A stretch of 42,411 nucleotides of DNA from Jimgerdemannia flammicorona (taxonomy: Eukaryota), in assembly GCA_003990765.1 (NCBI GenBank), contig RBNJ01000090.1:1-42411 (forward strand), in the 5' to 3' direction. The translations under genes and the position numbers were made by a program. Shown here one piece after another: positions 35,494 to 42,411 of the stretch (the stretch's first letter is position 1; every line of letters starts with the position of its first letter). Below the pieces are notes generated by a model, which saw only the letters and a program-made list of their open reading frames with translations, ran no database searches and was not told the DNA's origin.

Positions 35494-36553
35494 GTTAACC
35501 CTAAGAAACTCTAAGCAGACAAATTCAAGAGCATCTTGAGAACTTTGCTATAGCTTAGAGATTGTTATGAATTCATTAGTTACAAGTCTACTACTCTATT
35601 AGACAATCTCTTCCAGACCCTATATATATAAAAAGGCTTGTATATTTAAACTACCAAATTGATATAGCTGCCAGAAGAATCTATATACTCTATAGATATA
35701 ATGTAAAAGTACTTGCCTAAGTACAGTTTCATCTCAATAATATCCAAAAGATGAATGAAGTGATCTTTCAGAGTTTTTGGTAACAAGTAGAGTTCCTATT
35801 CTTAGACCCCGAATAGCAAAACTCAGATCTCAAATAGAGTGATCCTAATTCCAACATAGATAATAGTACTAGTATTGATGCAGAAGATGTTGATGCCTAC
35901 TAGAATACTGACTAAAGGATAGTCTGAGGACAGACCATCCTTTAGTGGAGACTAGTATAATCAGCAATATAAGTATAACTAAATGATATGACTCCTATAT
36001 ATCATAGTTACCCTCATATTACCTAGTTGCTATAAAAATCATATAAATAGCATCAGATGCCTTGATCAAGACAAATGCATCCTAGAGATACTATACCCTA
36101 AAGTTACTATACCCTTAGAGTACAAAAGAAGTCACATACTATATTTAGCTATATAATATATTGTATAATTATATAGATTGTAGCTAAGATAGCAATCACA
36201 ATATATAAAACACCTCAGAAATAAGAATGAATAAACCTCAGCCTGAATTACAGTACTAATTTCAACTCTTGTTAACTTTCTAATACAAAGTTTGAGATTT
36301 GCTATCAATTTTGAGAACTTTGCTACTAATTGAAGAGAAACTTACTACTTAAGAAATATGTAAGTTACTCTATTTTGATCTATTTATTAGATAAGTTTGA
36401 AGAATTTGAGAAGTCTGCCATCTTGCTACACAGTCTATCTATCTGATGCAACTTTGTAGTAGAGCTAGTCTTCAATATAATAACATATAAATGAAGCCTA
36501 TCTTGATATATGTAACTTTGCTAAGTAAAAAATCTACTATCTGTTAATGGCCA
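35494..36553 (+). mobile_element. Possible 3' relic of a second LTR element (decayed ORF, PPT-like tract, LTR-like sequence from ~35956); target of LINE-C
   Basis: Coding-like frame (DKFKSIL..., YQIDIAARRIY...QVEFLFLDPE), then gaggacagaccatcctttagtggagactag|tataat. A ~100-bp unit at 36431-36535 recurs at 42313-42405. Confidence 0.35.
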
Positions 36554-36599
36554 GAGAGTCTCGTATAGCAGACAATACTCTTGATAATGTTTTTGGTAA

Positions 36600-38510
36600 A
36601 AAGTGACTAACAACATAGACAGTAATGATCATCAGCCAGGGGGGCAGTGCTTTTGACTGGCAGTATATAAGGAGAAAGGATGGTGATGGTTTGGAAATAC
36701 TGGGGCCTTCTATGGTGGGCTGCGGTATTGGAGGCAGAGGAAGAGGTAGATTGAGGCAATGAGGAGGAGAGAGGATGATCTTTGCAGATAAGGTCAAGAT
36801 GAGGAGAATGGCATCTGGGCTAGATAGTTGGTTGGGCCTAGAGAAGCCTTTGACAGCCACTGTTAGGGGACAGAGAGGGGCCTCTTGGGAGAGTTGGACA
36901 GTAGGGGAGGGAGGGGAGTAGGGGCTGGAGATGTGACTGCTGATGGGGCTGTGACTGGAGATCTGGAAAAAAATCCAGATGTAATAGTGGTTGGCAGTTC
37001 AGAACAGGGGAGGGGCACAAGACCTGGGGACCTGGCAGATAGTGTGATGGAGTTGGTGGCAGTACCATTGCTCAAGAAATCAAGGTCAGAATTCACTGTC
37101 ACACTGTGTTTCTGGGGCTTGGCAGTGACTGTGAGGATGATCTTGAGGTTAGTGGTACAGGAGGTAAAGGGGGCAGCATCAGTGAAGTTCTTGAAGGGGA
37201 AGGAAGGGATCAAGGTCGGATTTGAGGAAGAGGAGTCATTGTTAGCAGCCATGGAGAAGGGAGTAATAGTGGGTGAAGTGGTGGTCCCTATGGCCAGGTG
37301 CATGTGCTGGGACCCCTGGGTGGTGCAGTTGACAGTGTTGGATCTTCCTATGGTGTTGAGGGAGAGAGCCAGAGAGTAGATTGTGGAAGCAGTCAAGGAG
37401 TATAGAGAAATAGTGGACATCAGGTTTAGAGTCTGGGAGGGTACCAAGCTTTGGATTGCAGATGTTGACATCTGGGTAAGACAGGCTGGAAAGGAGAACA
37501 TGGGGAAGACAAGGGACTGGCCAGCAACTCTCAAGTGGGGTTTGGTGGAGTGCAAGATCTTGTAGATAAAAGAGATGCAAGAAGAGGAGGAGGATTTGCT
37601 AGAGACTCTTGAGGATCTAGCAGGAGTAGTTGAGAGGAGGCAATTAGCTTAGAAGGAGTATGAAGTCAAGATGGTGGTAGAATTGGTTGATGGCAAGAGG
37701 ATCAGAATGGACCAAGTGACCTAAATATAGGGGAGGTGAATCCAGAAGAAGCTACTGGAGAAGTTGGGAGGCAGTGGGGCTGGCAGTGGTACAGGAGAAG
37801 ATAGTACAGGACTGTGGGAGAGTACCTGGGCTGGGGAGCATAGGACAACCCAGGGTGGGGCCCAGGGGGGACCGAGTCAAGAGGGACAGGGTGGCATGGA
37901 GGCAGATGTAGAAATGAGTGAGGGAGTACAACCTCAGTATAGTGTTCCAGGTGGGGTCGGGGGTGAGAAGGAATTGCTGGATGTGTCTGAGGAGGAGTGG
38001 GATGAATCAGTGAGGAGGAGCACTCTGGTGGACCCAGTGATGGGGGTTGAGAGGGTTACCCAGAGTGTTGCTGAAGTAGTGGATGAGGAGAAGTTGTTGT
38101 AGAAGATGCTGGAGGGGGTGGTGGCAGAGGAGTCAGGGGTTGAGGACTTCTGGATTATAGAAGATAGGTATTGGGAGGAAATCCTTCATGGTGAAGAGGT
38201 AGTGAGGAAGGTTAGGAATGAGATTCTGGCAGTACTCTTAGAATTGGTTAAGTATCAAGTGGATGATCAGTGGGAGGAGGAACTTCAAGAGATTGCAAAT
38301 GACCAAGCAGCATACTTGTAGAATTCAAGGAAGGGCTTGGAGAAGTGGAGAGTGGTCTGCACAGATTATCGGGCAGAGATGGAGGTGGTGAATTAGGTGG
38401 AATGTTAAGAGATCTTGGAGGCATTGGATGCTCAGGCCATCATGGAAGGTGACCTGAAAGCAGAGTGGTAATTGGATCTGGCTGGGGATGAGATGAGCAT
38501 GGAATACTAG
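36600..38510 (+). pseudogene. LINE-C ORF1
   Basis: Chain of same-strand ORF fragments 36885-37379, 37383-37565, 37764-38102 and 38106-38321, ending gaatactag just before ORF2; homologous to LINE-A and LINE-B. The start is approximate. Confidence 0.8.
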
Positions 38511-38541
38511 GCTGGGTTCTCAAATTCAACCATTATTCAAT

Positions 38542-41500
38542 ATGAACAGTATAACTAGAATATTCTCTTTGAATATGAATGGATTGAGGGAGGCAGCTCA
38601 GTGAAATTCATATTTGGGTAGCTTAAGAGATTGGATGCAGATCTCTTCTTATTGCAGAATATATGCTATGATGTAGATGTGGACTTATAGGATTAGACTA
38701 GGGAGTGTGGGGGGGCAGCTGTGTGGATTGGGTGAGTGGGTATCCTAGTTTGAAAGAGGATAGGGGATATTGGTGACATTGGACATTAGGGGAGTCAGTT
38801 GGTATAGAGAGTGTGGAAGAGGTCTGGATGGAGCCCTTTGATAGTTGGATCATGTTATTGCCTGGCGGAAAGGTGGGAAAGAGTAGATTGGGTCAGAAAT
38901 TTGAGAGAGAGATCAATTGCCTGGGGGGGGATTTCAACATGGTAAGGGATAATGTGGTAGATAAGACTGATGGCAGGAGAGTAATAAGAAGCAGAAGTGA
39001 TTAATTGGAGGATTGGATGGAGATGGAGAGGTTGAGTTCTTTGGTTGATTTGGAGAGATAGTTCTGGGAAAAGCATCAAGTCTATACTCACTGGGTGGCA
39101 GGGCTGAGTTCCAGGATTGACTGGATATTAATGATAGAGTGCTGGGGAGCAGATAACTAGACTGTGCTGGAGGTGGTTTGGTGCCCATGGTCAGATCACT
39201 GGGGTCTGCTAGGGGGGGGGAGGTTTGGCAGAAGTGGGGATAGGTCTGGATATTAGTGACTGAATTTCTCTTTATTAGAGAATGGTACTTTATAGGCAGC
39301 CTGGAAGGAAGAGGTTATTGGGAAAATTGAAAGGTGGTGGGAGCAAGGTCTGGTGATTAGAGATCACTGGCAGAGGCTGAAATCGAGTGCTCAGGGATAC
39401 TGAAGGGAGGCAGGGAAAGGAAGGAGTATTCAGCAGCAGCAGAGAGTGCTTTGGGCTTCAAGGTGACAGGCAGCACTCCTGGAGAGATGAGTGGGTGTGC
39501 TTGAGGATTGGGAGGTGGCAGACAGGTATATTGTGCAGATTCAAAAGGAAGTCAAGGAGCTTAAGGAAGTGATATGATTGGAGAAAGAGGTTTACATGAA
39601 GGGGATGGTGGCAAGGCTGAGGTGGCAAGGATTGAAGGAGGGAGAAAGACTCACAAGGTTTTTATCACAGATGTTACAAGTGCAGAGAACTAAATAGTAG
39701 TGGAATGGTCTCTTGGATGAGGATGGAGAGATGTTGGTAGGGACTCAAGCAATTCTGGAATTGCTAAGGTCCTGCTGGGAGGGCCTATGGAGTGAGGAAG
39801 AAGGGGATGCAGATGCCTCGAACGTTGAAAGGCAGTTGGAGAATTGGTATCCAGATCCAGTAATGGGTCTGGGGACTCTAGGGGACCCAGTGAGGGGGGA
39901 GGAAAATTGTAAGGTTCTGGCCTGAGAGAGGATGGGCTTCTCTGGGAATTTTTGGAAAAAGATACCTGGGGTGGAGGTAGTATTGGAGAAGTTAATGGCG
40001 ATGTGTGATGAGATTCTTCATTCTGGAACTTGGATTGGGGGCCAGTGCCTAGGGCTGGTCTCCTTGCTCTATAAGGATAAGAGGAGAAGGGAAGATTGAA
40101 GGAACTGGTGACCAATCATACTCCTTGACATAGACTGCAAGCTGGTGATAAAGGTCTTGGTAACTAGACTGCAGGGGATAGCTCAGTAAGTACTTGGAGT
40201 AGAGCAGAGAGGGTCGTTTGATCCAAGATGGGATGGCCTGGGTCCATAGTGTGATTGAAGAGGCTTGGGTAGCTGGGGTTGATGGCAGATTAGTTTTTCT
40301 GAATCAGGAGAAGGCATATGACAGAGTGAGGAGGATCTGACTAGAGGGGGTGCTGAAATAGGTGTGTGCTCCCCTAGGGTTCAGGAGGTCACTAATCAGT
40401 CTTTTGGAAAACAGTCAGATGGTATTGGTAGTCAATGGACATAGGGGAATAACCTTTTCACTTGGTCGGGGGGTGCCACAAGGTGACCCTTTATTGTCCA
40501 TCTTATATGCCCTTTCCTTGGAGCCATTATTGGACAGGATCCAGCATTGAATTGGGGGTTTGGACATTCTGGAGATTAATTGGAAAGTGGGGGCCTTTGT
40601 GGATAATATTGCAGTCAGACTGGGTTCACTGGTAGATATGGAGAAATTGAGGAGGACTGTGGAATGGTATGAGAGAGGCTTCAGTGCTAGACTCAATTGA
40701 CACAAATGCGAGACTCTGGTGCTGGATGGCAGAATAGTTAGTGGTGATATGATCAGAATAGTAGTACCAGCAGAAGATCCAGTTTATTACCTGGGAATCT
40801 ACTTCTCAGTGTATGAGTCTCTCCTGCCCTGTGTTTGGTGGAAACAGCAACTCAGAGTATGGGGTGATGTGCTCTTAAGTTGGGGTGGTTGGCATATATC
40901 CTTGGCAGAAAGGATGATGGTGCAGAATGTATATTGGCTACCAAAGTTGTTATATATAGGGTATCATCTGGATTTCTCTGCATGAGTGGTCAGATGACTT
41001 CTGAAGATATGTAGCAAGATCATGGATCTGGGCTGGATGGGAAAGTCAGATAGGATGGGAGGTTCTGACCCTACCTGTGGACAAAGGTGGGCTAGGCTTG
41101 GTGGACTTTACCAAATGCCTTCATTACTTATGAGTATGGTGGCTGAAGAGAGTGAGTGAGTTAAGGGGCCAGGAGTGGGTTCCACTCATGCAGAGGATAT
41201 GGGAGGTCTGGTATTCTCCCCATAGAGTATCTGGTGATCTGCTTGCAGTAGTGGCCCTAGATGGAAGCAAGAGGATACAGTATGAGGGCTTTTGGTGGGG
41301 GGGTAGTAGATGGTGCTAGCAAATTCAACTTTGGTGGCAGGGGGCTGAGGGAGAGGACAATTGGAGACTGCAGATGTGGAGATGGGATAGGCTATTACTG
41401 GGTGGTGCTTTGGTGGAGAGTTTCTGGCTCAGTGATAGAATGGAGTATACATATGTGGGGCCTAGGGGGGGACCTGTGGCCTGAGGTATGGCAGAGGGTG

Positions 41501-42156
41501 GGGATTGGTAAGAAGTGAGACTGGAATGGTCTTTGGCCTTAGAGCAAGCAGGTGATGAGGTGGCTTCCCCCCAAGTTCTGAGTGATATGGTGGCAGTTAC
41601 TAAGGTAGAATGTGATGTTGAACTATCAGTCTAGGCACCTGGTGGTGGATGGTGTATTTGAGTGTGAGGAATGTTTTAATGTTGGACAGGAAGGTGGAGT
41701 GCTACAAATGCCTGAACATTGGCTTGGTGAGTGTGATGTTTTAGGAGAGTTTTGGTGCCACATTGCAGGCTGGTTAGGACTGTGGGCCCTGGTGGGAGGG
41801 GATAGAGAGAGATGGGGAGAGCTCTACCAAAGGCTAGTGAGAGGGGTTGAAGATGAATGGTTGATCCTGGGTTTGGCTCTGGCAATTTGGATTGGGCTGG
41901 CTGAGCATTGGTTACATATATTTGAGGAGGGCCAGCAGGTTGGGGTTGGGGCTAGAATAGTATATTGAGAATGGCTATTACTGGACATTTGAATGGCTGG
42001 TGGAGAGGGTGGGGGCTGGGTGGTGGGAGCTGCTGGAGTTTGGTGAAATGTATTTGCCAGAAAAGTAGAGGGAGGATTTGGGTGGTGGGTGACAGGGTTA
42101 TCCTTCAACAGAGAGGAATGGAGAGTGGAGAGAGAGATCCAAGAGGTATCAGTTGA
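38542..42156 (+). pseudogene. LINE-C ORF2 (APE endonuclease, reverse transcriptase, cysteine finger)
   Basis: MNSITRIFSLNMNGL, LGGDFNMV, WSDHW (APE); NW*PIILL, NQEKAYDRV, GRGVPQGDPL, AFVDNI, YYLGI, KGGLG (RT); FECEEC...EHWLGEC. Confidence 0.93.
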
Positions 42157-42219
42157 GGGGAAGTGGGTGATATTGTATTATTATTCTAGATTAAGGTAAT
42201 AAAGGGAAGTCCAAGTGAC

Positions 42220-42281
<62 letters not shown>

Positions 42282-42411
42282 AGAGCCTACTATAGGAATT
42301 TTGTCACCAAGTCAGTCTATCTGATGCAACTTTGTAGTATAGCTAGTCTTCAATATAATCCCATACAAATAAAGTTGATCTTTGATATAACTTGCCAAAA
42401 ATCCATATTAT

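Larger units (their letters stand above)
36569..42280 (+). mobile_element. LINE-C: near full-length L1/Tx1-like LINE with a 57-nt poly(A)
   Basis: Two-ORF layout; aataaa then ccaagtgactat(A)57; degenerate 15-bp TSD gagagtctcgtatag (36554-36568) / gagagcctactatag (42281-42295). Confidence 0.93.

Noticed and set aside
36863-37555. 230-aa minus-strand ORF (and similar antisense ORFs at 29450-29884, 4186-4479, 39690-40115, 18742-19116)
   Set aside because: These are Ser/Pro/Thr-rich shadows of the purine-rich LINE ORFs on the opposite strand.

Overview
Eukaryotic, repeat-dominated DNA. The Crinkler-type gene, short GT-AG introns and CpG-erased transposons suggest an early-diverging fungus (inference). 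No intact protein-coding gene, RNA gene or CRISPR array is visible. Only about 670-3560 is gene-like and CpG-rich: a three-exon Crinkler/RHS-type pseudogene (SAM header + P-loop NTPase + REase-like domain). The rest is a nest of decayed transposons. An L1/Tx1-like LINE (LINE-A, 3899-31977) is split by an intron-containing hAT element (hAT-1, 5184-11593) and a chromodomain Ty3/Gypsy element (11929-31401), and is cut off by another hAT (hAT-3, 31978-35493). The Gypsy contains a further hAT (hAT-2, 12938-16567), a full-length minus-strand LINE carrying a hAT MITE, and two short LINE 3' ends. A further near-full LINE lies at 36569-42280. Four observations stand out. (i) hAT-1 carries a convergent spliced passenger gene whose motif order resembles a TET/JBP 2OG-Fe dioxygenase. 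(ii) A 77-bp quasi-palindromic module of exactly conserved length and spacing occurs five times in three different hAT-type elements, and its paired copies sit in islands of surviving CpG. (iii) The Gypsy has a dUTPase fused after the gag zinc knuckle and an extra ORF after the chromodomain. (iv) Repeats show strong C>T/G>A decay. All protein assignments come from motif recognition by eye, not from database searches.
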